Source of the DNA: Synechococcus sp. A15-28
GTDB lineage: Bacteria; Cyanobacteriota; Cyanobacteriia; PCC-6307; Cyanobiaceae
Direction: 5' to 3'
Assembly (NCBI RefSeq): GCF_014280175.1
Contig: NZ_CP047931.1
Span: 1,680,001 to 1,712,000, forward strand
DNA length: 32,000 bases
Positions 1 through 11,157 of the stretch are shown here, in pieces. Position 1 is the first letter of the stretch; each line of letters begins with the position of its first letter. Under the pieces are notes generated by a model, which did no database searches, was not told the DNA's origin, and was given only the letters and a program-made list of their open reading frames with translations. Made by a program: the position numbers and the translations under genes.

Positions 1-959
1 AGCGACAGGCTGAAATCAAAAGCCGTTATGCCAACAACCTGCAGAAACAGCAGGAGGAACTCGGCAAGGTGATGAAGGAATTCGGCAGTCCCCTGGCGGG
101 ATGCCTGCCGTTGCTGGTGCAGATGCCGATCCTCTTCGCCCTGTTCGCCACGCTGCGGGGATCACCATTCGCTGACGTTCCCTACACGATCAATCTCAAG
201 GTTCTGCCCGCCGATCAGATCGCGGCCGTCGAGCCGAAGCCCTTCAACAGCGCCAGCCATTCAATCTTCATCGGTGAAACCGATCACGTTCCTGTGATCG
301 CCAGCCTTCCCCGCGGAACCAAGCTCGGCGTCGGCGACAGCGCCACCGTGAACCTCCACACCAAAGATGGTCGAGGCTTTGACGACGTGCTCACAGCCGT
401 TGACAACCCCTCAAGATTTGCCCCCAACTGGTCGATCACCAAAGGGGATGACGTGGTGAGCGTCAGCGACGACGGCACTATCACCGCCCTGGCCGCCGGT
501 GATGCCACCGCGGAAGCCAAGATCCCTGGCTTGGCAGCCCGCAGCGGTTTCCTGTTCATCAAGGCTCTGGGCCAGGTGGGCTTCTACGCCGACGGAGACA
601 TCAACTGGGACATCGCCATCCTCGTCGGAGGCTTCGGAATCACCCTGTTCCTGTCTCAGCTGCTGTCTGGGATGGGCATGCCCGCCAACCCCCAGCAGTC
701 CACCGCCAACAAGATCACTCCCGTAATGATCACGGGCATGTTCCTGTTCTTTCCGCTTCCCGCCGGCGTTCTGCTCTATATGGTGATCGCCAACATTTTC
801 CAGGCGCTGCAGACCTTCCTGCTCACCCGTGAAGCCTTGCCAGACAACCTGCAGAAAATCCTGGATCAGCAGATGACTCAGCAGACGGTGCCCGCCACGG
901 CGACCTCTGTGGGCGGTGGCGATTCACGCCTTCCCTTTGAACCCAAAGGCGGCAAATGA
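1..959 (+). CDS. yidC: Membrane protein insertase YidC/Oxa1 family, 5'-truncated by window start
   Basis: Reading frame is open from base 3 ([52 protein letters not shown]...), typical YidC core motif, with C-terminal TM segments ([35 protein letters not shown]). Confidence 0.93.
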   Translation, partial: RQAEIKSRYANNLQKQQEELGKVMKEFGSPLAGCLPLLVQMPILFALFATLRGSPFADVPYTINLKVLPADQIAAVEPKPFNSASHSIFIGETDHVPVIASLPRGTKLGVGDSATVNLHTKDGRGFDDVLTAVDNPSRFAPNWSITKGDDVVSVSDDGTITALAAGDATAEAKIPGLAARSGFLFIKALGQVGFYADGDINWDIAILVGGFGITLFLSQLLSGMGMPANPQQSTANKITPVMITGMFLFFPLPAGVLLYMVIANIFQALQTFLLTREALPDNLQKILDQQMTQQTVPATATSVGGGDSRLPFEPKGGK

Positions 960-1474
960 TTGAAGGCCTGGAGCCTGTTGCTCTTCAGGAACTCCGGGTG
1001 CTGGGTGCTCCCCGCCACTGGTCCGTCGAAGGCCATCTGGATCAATTGCCGTCATTAACCCCTGTTCGGGGGCAACTGAGCGCCGAACATCGCGGCAATG
1101 TCCTGATGGTGGAGGGAGAACTCAGCACCATCGTGACCCTGCGCTGCGATCGCTGTCTCGGTCAGTTCAACCAACAGCTGCGTTGCACCAGCTCCGAACT
1201 GATCTGGCTGGGTGAGGCGCCACCGACTCAAGACGATCTTCAGGAGTCCGAGGACATCTCCGAGATCGAAGGATTGGTCGAATGCCTCGACCCGAGGGGT
1301 GATTTCGATCCCCAGCAATGGGTGTTCGAACACCTCAATCTGCAGCTGCCCGTTGTGAATCACTGCGGCGAACACTGTCCGGGACCGCCGCTCCGTCGGG
1401 AAACGGTTGTGAACGAGGTGGATGAGGCGATCGATCCCCGCTGGTCGGTCCTCCGAAATCTGCAACAGCCATGA
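956..1474 (+). CDS. YceD/DUF177 family protein
   Basis: 172 aa; [12 protein letters not shown] cysteine motif and acidic centre typical of DUF177; ATGA overlap with yidC. Confidence 0.8.
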   Translation: MIEGLEPVALQELRVLGAPRHWSVEGHLDQLPSLTPVRGQLSAEHRGNVLMVEGELSTIVTLRCDRCLGQFNQQLRCTSSELIWLGEAPPTQDDLQESEDISEIEGLVECLDPRGDFDPQQWVFEHLNLQLPVVNHCGEHCPGPPLRRETVVNEVDEAIDPRWSVLRNLQQP

Positions 1475-2964
1475 CCGCCGGCACCATCTGGGGGGATCAG
1501 TTGGATCTGATGATCCGGGCGAGAACAGCTCTGATCTGGATTCGCAGCAACGAGGAGGCGCGGGTTGAAGCCCTGCTGCGGCAGACAGCGACTCGGCTGC
1601 AGCACCAGCTTGGTTGCTGGGATTTCATCGACGGCCTTCAAGGCGTTCTGAACGTCGAAGGACTGGGAAGCCGTCAGCCAATGGCGGTGCTGCAATGGCT
1701 GCGGGAGCTGGACAGCAGCAAGCCGACCCTCCTCCTGGTCAAAGACTTCCATCGCTTCTGCGATGACCCCGGCATCGCCAGGATGTTGCGCAACCTTCAG
1801 CAGGCACTGCGCAGCACATCCCACACGTTGGTGCTCTGCAGCGGCAGCTGGTCGCCACCAGCAGACCTTGAAGAAGCCCTCACCCTTCTGGATCTGCCTT
1901 TACCGGACAGCGATGAGCTCCGCAGGCTGCTGAACACCATCAGCCAGAGCAGCGGGGTCCCTCTGGAGCCGACAGTGCTCGAGGAGCTCACCCGAGCCTG
2001 CAGCGGCCTCAGTGAACAGCGGGTCCGCCAGGTGGCTGCCCGAGCTCTGGCCCGTCGTGGGCAGCTTGGCGCTGATGACCTGGAGGAGGTTCTCGAGGAG
2101 AAGCGTCAGAGCATTGCCCGCAGCGAGGTGCTGGAGTTTTGCGTCACGGAGACCGGCACGGATGCGATCGGTGGACTGGCTGCGCTCAAGGACTGGTTGC
2201 AGCAGCGTCATCGTGCCTTTTCCGACGAGGCTCGTCGCTTCGGACTCCCCATGCCTCGGGGCGTGCTGCTGGTGGGCCCCCAGGGGACTGGAAAATCGCT
2301 CACAGCGAAGGCCATCGCCCGCAGCTGGTCGATGCCCCTGCTTCGTCTGGATGTGGGGCGGCTGTTCGCGGGGCTCGTTGGTGCCAGTGAAGCCCGCACC
2401 CGTGAAACGATCCAGCGGGCGGAAGCCATGGCCCCCTGTGTTCTCTGGATTGATGAAATCGACAAGGGCTTCGGCGGCGATGGCCGCAGCGACGGCGGCA
2501 CGAGTCAGCGGGTGCTGGCCAGCGTGCTCACCTGGATGGCCGAAAAGCAATCGCCGGTGTTTGTGGTCGCCACGGCCAATGGTGTCGACCAGCTGCCGCC
2601 GGAACTCCTGAGGAAGGGGCGCTTTGACGAGATCTTCCTGCTGGACCTTCCCTCCACGGAAGAGCGTCACAGCATTCTCAGCCTGCACCTCAATCGACGA
2701 CGCCCAGGGCTGCAGCTGCCGCTGGACACGGTGATCAGTCGTTCTGACGGATTTTCCGGAGCTGAGCTGGAGCAGACCGTGATCGAAGCGATGCATCTGG
2801 CGTTCGCAGAAGGCAGGGAGCTGAATGAAACCGACCTGATCCGCGCTGCCTCCCAGCTGATCCCCCTGTCCCGAACAGCACGGGAACAGCTGGAGGCCCT
2901 TCAGGCATGGGCCTCCAGCGGCCGTGCCCGACCCGCCTCCATTGCGGGACGTAACGAAGCCTGA
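1471..2964 (+). CDS. AAA+ ATPase, Ycf46-like
   Basis: 497 aa; Walker [17 protein letters not shown], Walker [16 protein letters not shown] fold in the C-terminal half and Ycf46-like N-terminal half; ATGA overlap with the upstream CDS. Confidence 0.88.
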   Translation: MTAGTIWGDQLDLMIRARTALIWIRSNEEARVEALLRQTATRLQHQLGCWDFIDGLQGVLNVEGLGSRQPMAVLQWLRELDSSKPTLLLVKDFHRFCDDPGIARMLRNLQQALRSTSHTLVLCSGSWSPPADLEEALTLLDLPLPDSDELRRLLNTISQSSGVPLEPTVLEELTRACSGLSEQRVRQVAARALARRGQLGADDLEEVLEEKRQSIARSEVLEFCVTETGTDAIGGLAALKDWLQQRHRAFSDEARRFGLPMPRGVLLVGPQGTGKSLTAKAIARSWSMPLLRLDVGRLFAGLVGASEARTRETIQRAEAMAPCVLWIDEIDKGFGGDGRSDGGTSQRVLASVLTWMAEKQSPVFVVATANGVDQLPPELLRKGRFDEIFLLDLPSTEERHSILSLHLNRRRPGLQLPLDTVISRSDGFSGAELEQTVIEAMHLAFAEGRELNETDLIRAASQLIPLSRTAREQLEALQAWASSGRARPASIAGRNEA

Positions 2965-2997
2965 CCCCACGTAACGAACGCGGCCTCGGGTGAAGAC

Positions 2998-3204
2998 TTG
3001 ATTAATAGCGATCCCTACGGTCCGATCAATCGATTTCAACCCGTGGAACGCCAGAACGACATCACCTCTCAGCTCGCTGTTGCCTGCCTCGGAGCTGGTG
3101 TGATCACCACCATGGCCGTGGCCCAGGGACAGAATCCGATCACGGCACTCGGCATCACCGTCTTCTCTGCCGTAGCTGCCGTGATGCTCGGACAGGTTCT
3201 CTGA
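2998..3204 (+). CDS. Small conserved membrane protein
   Basis: 68 aa ORF with two hydrophobic segments, lying between co-directional genes. Confidence 0.55.
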   Translation: MINSDPYGPINRFQPVERQNDITSQLAVACLGAGVITTMAVAQGQNPITALGITVFSAVAAVMLGQVL

Positions 3205-3245
3205 TCGGCCTGCCATAGGCTGCCGGCGCCTCCTCTGCAGGATCC

Positions 3246-4523
3246 GTGCTCGACCAGCGCCTGGTGCGTGAGAACCCCGACGTCATCGCCACTGAATTGG
3301 GACGTCGTGGCAAGGCCGTGGATCTCACCCGCCTTCAGGTGATCGCTCAGCAACAGCGCAAGCTGGAAGAGGAGCGCAGTGGGCTGCAGGCCGAGGGCAA
3401 CCGCATCGGCAAGGAGGTCGGCCAGAAGATCAAAGGGGGGGCCGACCCCAAAGGTGAGGAGGTCGCCGAACTCCGGCAACAGGGCAACGCCATCAAGCAG
3501 AAAGTGGCTGTGCTGGAAGAGGAGGAGAAGCACCTCTCCACACAGTTGAAGGAACAGCTGCTCACCTACCCCAACCTGCCCTCACCGGACTGCCCGGATG
3601 GCAAGGACGAGAGCGACAACGTCGAGCTGCGCCGCTGGGGCAACCCGCGACAGGAGGAGGGGCTGGAGGAGCACTGGCAGATCGCCGAGCGACTTCACCT
3701 GTTCGACACGGAGCGTTCCGTCCGCATCGCCCAGAGCCGTTTCGTCACCCTGATCGGCCAGGGAGCTCGGTTGGAGAGGGGATTGATCAACTTCATGCTG
3801 GATTTGCACACCAGCAAGGGGTACCGGGAAGTTTTGCCTCCAGTGCTGGTGAACAGCGCCAGCCTCACGGGATCGGGCCAACTGCCCAAATTCGCCGATG
3901 ACTGCTTCCGCTGCTCTGAAGACGACCTCTGGCTCACCCCCACCGCCGAGGTGCCGGTGACCTCACTGCATCGCGACGAAATCATCCCCGCCGATCAACT
4001 GCCTCTCCGTTACGCGGCTTACAGCCCCTGCTTCCGCAGGGAAGCCGGAAGTTACGGACGAGATACCCGCGGGCTGATCCGTCTGCACCAGTTCAACAAG
4101 GTGGAGCTCTACTGGTTCGCTCACCCGGACCACTCCGAAGACGCTCACGCTCAGATCACCGCCGATGCGGAGGCCGTTTTGCAGGCGCTGGAACTGCCCT
4201 ACAGGGTGCTTGATCTCTGCACCGCAGACATCGGCTTCTCAGCGCAACGCACCTACGACCTCGAGGTGTGGCTGCCGGGTGCCGCGGCCTATCGGGAAAT
4301 CTCAAGCTGCAGTGTCTGCGGTGATTTCCAGGCCCGACGCTCCGCCATTCGAACCAAAGAAGGCAAAGCCTCGAAACTCGTGCACACCCTTAATGGCAGC
4401 GGCCTGGCCGTGGGCCGCACCATGGCAGCCCTGCTGGAAACGGGCCAGCAACCCGATGGCAGTGTTCTGCTGCCCAAAGCGCTGATGCCCTACGTCGGCT
4501 GTGATCGACTCCAGCCAGAATGA
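3246..4523 (+). CDS. serS: Seryl-tRNA synthetase
   Basis: 425 aa; N-terminal coiled-coil arm, motif 2 (FRREAGSYGRDTRGLIRLHQFNKVELY), motif 3 (LNGSGLAVGRTMAALLE). Confidence 0.97.
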   Translation: MLDQRLVRENPDVIATELGRRGKAVDLTRLQVIAQQQRKLEEERSGLQAEGNRIGKEVGQKIKGGADPKGEEVAELRQQGNAIKQKVAVLEEEEKHLSTQLKEQLLTYPNLPSPDCPDGKDESDNVELRRWGNPRQEEGLEEHWQIAERLHLFDTERSVRIAQSRFVTLIGQGARLERGLINFMLDLHTSKGYREVLPPVLVNSASLTGSGQLPKFADDCFRCSEDDLWLTPTAEVPVTSLHRDEIIPADQLPLRYAAYSPCFRREAGSYGRDTRGLIRLHQFNKVELYWFAHPDHSEDAHAQITADAEAVLQALELPYRVLDLCTADIGFSAQRTYDLEVWLPGAAAYREISSCSVCGDFQARRSAIRTKEGKASKLVHTLNGSGLAVGRTMAALLETGQQPDGSVLLPKALMPYVGCDRLQPE

Positions 4524-4547
4524 CCCGATTGCGCGATTGAGAGCGGC

Positions 4548-5633
4548 ATGAATGTGTTTGCGGCCATGGCCGTTCTGGCGCTGCTGATCGTCATCCACGA
4601 GGCAGGCCATTTCCTCGCCGCCACCCTGCAGGGGATTCGCGTCAGCGGCTTCTCCATCGGCTTCGGCCCAGCGCTGATCAAGCGCCAGCGACGCGGTGTC
4701 ACCTACGCGATCCGGGCGCTCCCCCTGGGCGGCTTCGTGGCCTTTCCGGATGACGACGAGGACAGCACCATCCCTGCCGATGATCCGGATCTGCTGCGCA
4801 ACCGCCCCATTCCCCAGCGAGCCCTCGTGATTGCAGCAGGAGTGCTCGCCAACCTGCTGCTGGCACTGGTGGTGTTGTTTGGACAGGCTGCCCTGGTGGG
4901 GTTACCGGCGGAACCGGACCCTGGAGTGCTGGTGGTGGCGGTGCAACCCGGAGGAGCGGCTGATCGCGCAGGGCTGACCCCGGGGGACCGTGTCCTGAGC
5001 CTGGAAGGGGACCCTCTCTCCGCCGGCCAGGAGGGCGTCAGATCAATGGTGCAGACGATCAAGAGCTCCCCGGATCAGACGCTCCGGCTCCAACGCCAGC
5101 GGGATCAGCAATTGGAGGTGATCAACATGACGCCGCTCAATCAGCAGGGGCAGGGACGCATCGGTGCCCAACTCCAAATGAACCTCAGCGGGGACTCCAG
5201 AACAGCCGCCAACCCTGGAGAGTTGATCAGTTACACCCTGGGCGAATTCCAGAACCTGCTGAAACAGACAGTGGCTGGTTACGGAGGGCTGATCACCAAC
5301 TTCCGTGCCACCGCCAGTCAGGTGAGCGGTCCTGTGAAGATCGTGGAAATGGGGGCTCAACTCAGTGAGCAGGGAGGCTCAGGCCTGGTGCTGTTCATGG
5401 CGCTGATCTCGATCAATCTGGCGGTGCTGAACGCCCTGCCTCTGCCACTGCTGGATGGTGGACAGATGCTGCTGCTGGGGATTGAGGCGATCCGGGGGCG
5501 CCCGGTACCCGAGCGGCTTCAACTGGCGGTGGCGCAATCGGGGTTCCTGTTGATCGTTGGGCTGACCCTGGTGCTGATCGTGAGGGACACCAGCCAGCTG
5601 TCCGTCGTGCAGCAGCTGATGGGCCAGCGCTGA
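4548..5633 (+). CDS. rseP: RIP/site-2 metalloprotease (RseP family) with PDZ domain
   Basis: 361 aa; HEAGHFLAA active site near the N terminus, PDZ-like middle, and NALPLPLLDGGQM C-terminal motif. Confidence 0.94.
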   Translation: MNVFAAMAVLALLIVIHEAGHFLAATLQGIRVSGFSIGFGPALIKRQRRGVTYAIRALPLGGFVAFPDDDEDSTIPADDPDLLRNRPIPQRALVIAAGVLANLLLALVVLFGQAALVGLPAEPDPGVLVVAVQPGGAADRAGLTPGDRVLSLEGDPLSAGQEGVRSMVQTIKSSPDQTLRLQRQRDQQLEVINMTPLNQQGQGRIGAQLQMNLSGDSRTAANPGELISYTLGEFQNLLKQTVAGYGGLITNFRATASQVSGPVKIVEMGAQLSEQGGSGLVLFMALISINLAVLNALPLPLLDGGQMLLLGIEAIRGRPVPERLQLAVAQSGFLLIVGLTLVLIVRDTSQLSVVQQLMGQR

Positions 5634-5692
5634 AGTCCGGTCAACCTGCAATGTAAACTCACTGGTTCGTCCTATCGCTGCTCCAGAGCTGC

Positions 5693-5995
5693 ATGGCCAA
5701 GAAGTCGATGATCGCCCGCGACGTCAAGCGCAAGAAGATGGCCGAGCGCTATGGGGCCAAGCGTGCAGCGCTGATGGCGGCGTTCAATGCAGCCGAGGAT
5801 CCGATGGATCGTCTGGAGATTCACCGCAAGATTCAGGCGCTACCCCGCAACAGTGCCCCCAGCCGCATCCGCAACCGTTGCTGGGCCACAGGCAAACCCC
5901 GGGGTTATTACCGCGATTTCGGCCTGTGCCGCAATCAGTTCCGCGAGCGGGCACACAAAGGCGAGCTGCCCGGCGTGGTGAAGTCCAGCTGGTGA
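5693..5995 (+). CDS. rpsN: 30S ribosomal protein S14
   Basis: 100 aa; [19 protein letters not shown] ... [43 protein letters not shown]. Confidence 0.97.
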   Translation: MAKKSMIARDVKRKKMAERYGAKRAALMAAFNAAEDPMDRLEIHRKIQALPRNSAPSRIRNRCWATGKPRGYYRDFGLCRNQFRERAHKGELPGVVKSSW

Positions 5996-6032
5996 GATCC
6001 GCTTTGGACCCAACAGCCTGAATGGTTCTGCA

Positions 6033-6057
6033 AGGGGAGCTTCGGCTCCCCTTTTTT
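6033..6057 (+). terminator. Rho-independent terminator downstream of rpsN
   Basis: GGGGAGC-TTCG-GCTCCCC stem-loop followed by TTTTTT. Confidence 0.85.
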
Positions 6058-6114
6058 GATGCCCGGATGCGGTGAAATGTCAAACTATCCGTTGACAAGT
6101 GGACATAAACCGTC

Positions 6115-8280
6115 GTGCAAGGACAAACCCAGTCGATCTCCTTTGACGGACGTGAGATTCGACTGACCACCGGACGATTTGCCCCCCAGGCGGGCGGATC
6201 CGTTCTCGTTGAATGTGGCGATACCGCCGTCCTCGTGACCGCCACCCGCTCCAGCGGACGCGAAGGCATCGATTTTCTGCCTTTGATCTGTGATTACGAG
6301 GAGCGGCTGTACGCCGCAGGGCGGATCCCCGGCAGCTACCAACGCCGTGAAGGTCGGCCCCCTGAGCGCGCCACCCTCACAGCCCGTCTGATTGACCGGC
6401 CGATGCGGCCGTTGTTCCCTGGGTGGCTCCGGGATGACCTTCAGGTGGTGGCCACCTGTCTTTCTCTGGACGAACGGGTCCCGGCGGATGTGCTGGCGGT
6501 GACCGGTGCCTCCATTGCCACACTGCTGGCGGGCATCCCCTTCAACGGCCCGATGGCGGCCGTGCGGGTGGGCCTCCTCGGCGATGACTTCGTCCTCAAT
6601 CCGAGCTACCGCGAGATGGAACGCGGGGATCTTGATCTGATCGTCGCCGGCACCCCGGAAGGTGTGGTGATGGTGGAGGCGGGAGGCAACCAGTTGCCCG
6701 AGCAGGATGTCATCGAGGCGATCGACTTCGGTTATGAAGCGATCTGCGAACTGATCAAAGCCCAGGAGCAACTGCTGAAGGATCTGGGTATCGAGCAGGT
6801 GAAGCCCGAGACGCCTCAACAGGACTCCACGTTGCCGGCTTACCTGGAGAAACAGTGCACCAAAGCCATCAGCGAGGTGCTCAAGAAATTCGAACAGACC
6901 AAGGACGAGCGTGACAAAGCCCTCGATGCCATCAAGGCTGAAGCCGCTGAAACCATCGCTGGGCTGAAGGAGGATGACGCCGTCCGTGTGGCGATCGCCT
7001 CCAATTCGAAGCTGCTCGGCAACAGCTTCAAGGCGCTGACCAAAACCCTGATGCGTCAGCAGATCCTCAAGGACGGCAAGCGGGTGGACGGTCGCGCCCT
7101 TGATGAGGTGCGTGCGATCAGTGCCATGGCTGGGGTGTTACCTCGACGGGTACACGGCTCAGGTTTGTTCCAGCGTGGTCTGACCCAGGTGCTCTCCACC
7201 GCCACCCTGGGCACCCCCAGCGATGCCCAGGAGATGGATGACCTCCATCCCAGCACCGAGAAGCTGTACTTGCACCACTACAACTTCCCGCCGTACTCCG
7301 TCGGCGAGACCCGGCCGATGCGCTCTCCTGGACGCCGTGAAATCGGCCATGGTGCCCTGGCTGAACGGGCCATCCTTCCTGTGCTTCCCGCCAAAGACAC
7401 CTTCCCCTATGTGGTGCGGGTGGTGAGTGAGGTGCTCAGTTCCAATGGCTCCACGTCGATGGGATCCGTCTGCGGCAGCACCCTGTCGCTGATGGATGCC
7501 GGCGTGCCCCTCAAGGCACCGGTGAGCGGTGCCGCCATGGGCCTGATCAAGGAGGGCGACGACATCCGCATCCTCACCGACATCCAGGGCATTGAGGATT
7601 TCCTCGGCGACATGGACTTCAAGGTGGCCGGCAGCGAAAAGGGCATCACCGCCCTGCAGATGGACATGAAGGTCACCGGTCTGCCGGTGAAAACGATCGC
7701 CGAGGCGATCAATCAGGCCCGTCCAGCCCGTCTGCACATCCTTGAAAAGATGCTGGAGGCGATCGACACGCCCCGCGAGGGCCTCTCCCCCCATGCCCCG
7801 CGTCTGCTGAGCTTCCGGATCGATCCTGAGCTGATCGGCACAGTGATCGGCCCCGGCGGCCGCACGATCAAAGGCATCACTGAGCGCACCAACACCAAAA
7901 TCGATATCGAGGACAGCGGCATTGTCACCATCGCCTCCCATGACGGAGCGGCGGCCGATGAAGCTCAGAAGATCATCGAAGGCCTCACCCGCAAAGTGAA
8001 CGAGGGCGAGGTGTTCTCCGGATCGATCACGCGGATCATCCCCATCGGTGCTTTCGTCGAGATCCTTCCCGGCAAGGAAGGCATGATCCACATCTCCCAG
8101 CTGTCAGAAGCCCGGGTGGAGAAGGTGGAAGACGTTGTGAAGGTGGGTGACGAGGTCACCGTTCGCGTGCGCGAAATCGACAATCGCGGCCGGATCAATC
8201 TCACCCTCCGGGGCGTGCCCCAGAGCGGCGATGGCTCCGGGGACGAGCCTCAGCCCACCCCGGTGGCCCCCCTGAGCTGA
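6115..8280 (+). CDS. pnp: Polyribonucleotide nucleotidyltransferase
   Basis: 721 aa; paired RNase PH domains, KH domain ([24 protein letters not shown]) and S1 domain. Confidence 0.97.
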   Translation: MQGQTQSISFDGREIRLTTGRFAPQAGGSVLVECGDTAVLVTATRSSGREGIDFLPLICDYEERLYAAGRIPGSYQRREGRPPERATLTARLIDRPMRPLFPGWLRDDLQVVATCLSLDERVPADVLAVTGASIATLLAGIPFNGPMAAVRVGLLGDDFVLNPSYREMERGDLDLIVAGTPEGVVMVEAGGNQLPEQDVIEAIDFGYEAICELIKAQEQLLKDLGIEQVKPETPQQDSTLPAYLEKQCTKAISEVLKKFEQTKDERDKALDAIKAEAAETIAGLKEDDAVRVAIASNSKLLGNSFKALTKTLMRQQILKDGKRVDGRALDEVRAISAMAGVLPRRVHGSGLFQRGLTQVLSTATLGTPSDAQEMDDLHPSTEKLYLHHYNFPPYSVGETRPMRSPGRREIGHGALAERAILPVLPAKDTFPYVVRVVSEVLSSNGSTSMGSVCGSTLSLMDAGVPLKAPVSGAAMGLIKEGDDIRILTDIQGIEDFLGDMDFKVAGSEKGITALQMDMKVTGLPVKTIAEAINQARPARLHILEKMLEAIDTPREGLSPHAPRLLSFRIDPELIGTVIGPGGRTIKGITERTNTKIDIEDSGIVTIASHDGAAADEAQKIIEGLTRKVNEGEVFSGSITRIIPIGAFVEILPGKEGMIHISQLSEARVEKVEDVVKVGDEVTVRVREIDNRGRINLTLRGVPQSGDGSGDEPQPTPVAPLS

Positions 8281-9198
8281 TCACACCTGAAAGCCGGGAT
8301 CGATCTCGGCCATGGCCCGCGTCGCACGCTCTCCGAGCTCGGCGTGGGCTTTTCCATGGCTGGCGATCAGGCAACCGGCCTGACGGACATCACCTGTGTT
8401 GTACGTCAGGTTGGTCTGATCGGCGTGGGTGAACCGGCCTCCTGCCGCCAGCAACACCGCTTCCGGGGCCGCCATGTCCCAATCCTTGGGGGCACTGCGA
8501 CCCGACAGGGACACGTAGAGGTCGGTCTCACCGCGCAGGATCGTGGCGACCTTGAAGCCAACGCTGCCAACCGCCTTGGATCCGCCGAGCTCGAGGGCGT
8601 CGATGAGCTTCACCAAGCGGTCGTCGCGGTGACTGCGGCTGGCCACGAGGATCAGATCCGACACCGCCGTGCGTGGGCTGAACCGCACGGGGGAACGCTG
8701 CCCTTGGCGGTCCTCACACCAGGCGCCTTCGCCAACGATGCCGATCCAGAGTTCGTCGGCCTCCGGCAGCAGCACCACCCCGATCACGGGCCGCTGACCC
8801 AGTACCAGAGCCAGGTGAACGGCATATTCCCCCGTGCCCTGCAGAAAATCCTTGGTGCCATCGAGGGGATCGAGAATCCAAAGCCACTCGGCCGGCACGG
8901 GTTGGCCTTCCGTGAGCTGGTCCTTGGCCGTCTCTTCACTGAGCAGGGTCCAGTCGGCCTTTGGGAACGCAGCTGACAGCCCATCCAGCAGCCATTGATT
9001 CACCGCCAGATCAGCTGCGGACACGGGGCCTTCTCCGCCGTCATCGACGCTCAGGGCTTTGGGGAACCCATGGGGCGGTTGCTCTCCCCGTGCGTAAGCC
9101 CGCAGGATGTCGGCGGCACCCCAGCTGAGGCGTCGGAGTTCCGACAACAGAGCGTCCTGGCTGACGCCGACGGGCAGAACGGCAGAGCTTGGCATCAT
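8281..9198 (-). CDS. cysQ: 3'(2'),5'-bisphosphate nucleotidase / inositol monophosphatase family (CysQ-like)
   Basis: WILDPLDGTKDFLQGTGEYAVHLALV and DWDMAAPEAVLLAAGGRF motifs. The ORF track starts at 9273; the preferred start is MMPSSAVLPVG at 9198. Confidence 0.88.
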   Translation of the reverse strand: MMPSSAVLPVGVSQDALLSELRRLSWGAADILRAYARGEQPPHGFPKALSVDDGGEGPVSAADLAVNQWLLDGLSAAFPKADWTLLSEETAKDQLTEGQPVPAEWLWILDPLDGTKDFLQGTGEYAVHLALVLGQRPVIGVVLLPEADELWIGIVGEGAWCEDRQGQRSPVRFSPRTAVSDLILVASRSHRDDRLVKLIDALELGGSKAVGSVGFKVATILRGETDLYVSLSGRSAPKDWDMAAPEAVLLAAGGRFTHADQTNLTYNTGDVRQAGCLIASHGKAHAELGERATRAMAEIDPGFQV

Positions 9199-9221
9199 GA
9201 TCAGAACAGGCGCTGGCCATT

Positions 9222-10082
9222 GTGATGCAGCGGGATGAGCCTGCCTCCGGATGCCTGTATCTGGTGGGCACACCGATCGGTCATCTTGGTGACCTGTCTC
9301 CGCGGGCCAAGGCGGTGCTGGCTGGGGCGACCGTGATCGCCTGTGAAGACACGCGCCACAGCGGTCAGCTGCTCAGCACTCTTCAGGCCAAGGGACGAAA
9401 ACTGTCCTTCCACCAGCACAACACCCGCACCCGTCTGCCGCAGCTGCTGCAGGCGCTGAGCGATGGCGACAGTGTGGCGGTGATCAGCGATGCCGGCCTT
9501 CCCGGCATCAGCGACCCAGGCGAGGAGCTGGCAGCGCAGGCCCGTTGCGCAGGCTTTGAGGTGATCTGCGTCCCTGGTCCTTGTGCCGCCACCACAGCCC
9601 TCGTCAGCAGTGGACTTCCCAGCGGTCGCTTCTGCTTCGAGGGATTCCTGCCGGTCAAAGGAAAGGAACGTCGACAGCGTCTGGAACAGATCGCCACAGA
9701 GCCGAGAACAACCGTGCTCTATGAAGCACCGCATCGGCTGCTGCCGCTCCTGCAAAGCCTGGCGGAGCACTGTGGTTCCGAACGCCCTCTGCAGGTGGCG
9801 CGGGAACTGACCAAGCGACACGAACAGCAGGTGGGACCCACCATTGCGGCTGCGCTGGATCACTTTCAGTCCCTGCGCCCCCAGGGGGAATTCACCCTTG
9901 TGCTCGGGGGCTGTCCAGAGCAAGCACCGTCAGAACCCGACGACCAGGAGCTGTTGGCACGGCTGCAGCAACGGATCGGTGAAGGGGCGAGCCCCAGTGA
10001 TGCAGCTCGGCAACTTGCCATCGAAACCGGCATCAGTCGTCGACGCTTGTATTCCCTGCTTCACCAGGACCCGTCAGAATGA
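9222..10082 (+). CDS. rsmI: 16S rRNA (cytidine1402-2'-O)-methyltransferase
   Basis: 286 aa; GCLYLVGTPIGHLGDLSPRA..., VISDAGLPGISDPG, VLYEAPHRLLPLL, EFTLVLGG. Confidence 0.95.
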   Translation: MMQRDEPASGCLYLVGTPIGHLGDLSPRAKAVLAGATVIACEDTRHSGQLLSTLQAKGRKLSFHQHNTRTRLPQLLQALSDGDSVAVISDAGLPGISDPGEELAAQARCAGFEVICVPGPCAATTALVSSGLPSGRFCFEGFLPVKGKERRQRLEQIATEPRTTVLYEAPHRLLPLLQSLAEHCGSERPLQVARELTKRHEQQVGPTIAAALDHFQSLRPQGEFTLVLGGCPEQAPSEPDDQELLARLQQRIGEGASPSDAARQLAIETGISRRRLYSLLHQDPSE

Positions 10083-10101
10083 GGGCGTCCATCTGAGGTC
10101 G

Positions 10102-10332
10102 ATGTTGTTGCGTCTCCGACTGATGCTGATCAGCCTGGGGGCAGGGACAGTGCTGTTGCTGCTGTTGTGCCTGGGGGCTCAGAACCTGAAGGACCGACAC
10201 AGCATTCAGATTGGACCCGCACGATCGGTGCCGCTGCCCACAGGCTTCCTGGTGGGACTCTCGATGGTGATTGGTGTGGTCAGCGGCGGCAGTGCTGCTG
10301 CTGTGATGCTTCCCGAGCAACGCTGGGATTGA
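10102..10332 (+). CDS. Small conserved membrane protein
   Basis: MLLRLRLMLISLGAGTVLLLLLCLGAQNL... with two TM segments; internal start chosen within the longer ORF 9844..10332. Confidence 0.6.
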   Translation: MLLRLRLMLISLGAGTVLLLLLCLGAQNLKDRHSIQIGPARSVPLPTGFLVGLSMVIGVVSGGSAAAVMLPEQRWD

Positions 10333-10336
10333 TCAA

Positions 10337-11098
10337 TCAGCCCTGAGCCTCTGCATCCAGCGCGATCAGGCTGCCATCCATGACCAGACGGGTGATCCCT
10401 CGCGCCAGCAAGTATTCGCTCGTGCGTTCGAACACGGCCGTGTCCGGCACTTTGATCACCCGCTGACTACGACCGCACTGGCGCTTGGCGGCTCGGGGAT
10501 TGCCGTACAGAAGCAGGCCCTCACGGTCGAGCTCAGACTCCTCGAGGTGACCAAGCTCTGGGAAGTCGCGCAGCGGCCTGGCATCCAGCTCCACCACCTT
10601 GTCGACAAGCATGTAGACGCTGTTCGGCAGACACCCTGGTAGCAGCGGCTGCACCTCCACTGGAACCCGATCACTGAGATCAGCCACCCCCACCAAAGGC
10701 ACAAGTTCAGTGAAGGTCTGGCTCGCTGCGGAGACATCGTCCTCCGTACTCCCTTCCTCGTCATTCACCTCATCGGTGTCTTCACCGAAGTCGTCGGCAT
10801 CGTCCAATGCCAGTGTTGAAGCGCCCTCATCGTTGTCTTCGTCCTGCACCGCATCAACCGATGACTCCTCTTCCGCGGCAGGAGCAACCGTTGGCGTTGG
10901 TGTGATTGTTCCGGTCTTCTGGCGACTGGCCTTGAGAGCGGCATAGGCCTCTGGGGGCAGCAACGCCTTCACCGTGCGCGTCACGGTGTTTGGGCTGCAG
11001 CCAAAGGCCTCCGCAAGGGCAGCGGTGGACTCTCCCGCCTTGTAACGACCCACCAGGTCCTGCTTCTCGCTTTCGCTGAGACGACGTGGGGCCATCAA
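10337..11098 (-). CDS. Conserved protein with N-terminal transposase-like helix-turn-helix
   Basis: 253 aa; SESEKQDLVGRYKAGESTAALAEAFGCSPNTVTRTVKALL HTH, acidic linker, conserved C-terminal domain. Confidence 0.75.
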   Translation of the reverse strand: MMAPRRLSESEKQDLVGRYKAGESTAALAEAFGCSPNTVTRTVKALLPPEAYAALKASRQKTGTITPTPTVAPAAEEESSVDAVQDEDNDEGASTLALDDADDFGEDTDEVNDEEGSTEDDVSAASQTFTELVPLVGVADLSDRVPVEVQPLLPGCLPNSVYMLVDKVVELDARPLRDFPELGHLEESELDREGLLLYGNPRAAKRQCGRSQRVIKVPDTAVFERTSEYLLARGITRLVMDGSLIALDAEAQG

Positions 11099-11157
11099 TG
11101 TCGTTTAGGAGCCCTGAACTCTAGGAGCAGCCGGTGGCTGTCAGAATGGTTTTAGGA

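Noticed and set aside
1900-3216. 438-aa minus-strand ORF
   Set aside because: Antisense shadow of the well-supported Ycf46-like AAA ATPase gene; no coherent domain pattern.
6085-6819. 244-aa minus-strand ORF
   Set aside because: Lies opposite the conserved N-terminal part of pnp.
7159-8091. 310-aa minus-strand ORF
   Set aside because: Antisense to pnp KH/S1-coding sequence; high-GC shadow ORF.
9201-9923. 240-aa minus-strand ORF
   Set aside because: Antisense to rsmI, which has strong family motifs.
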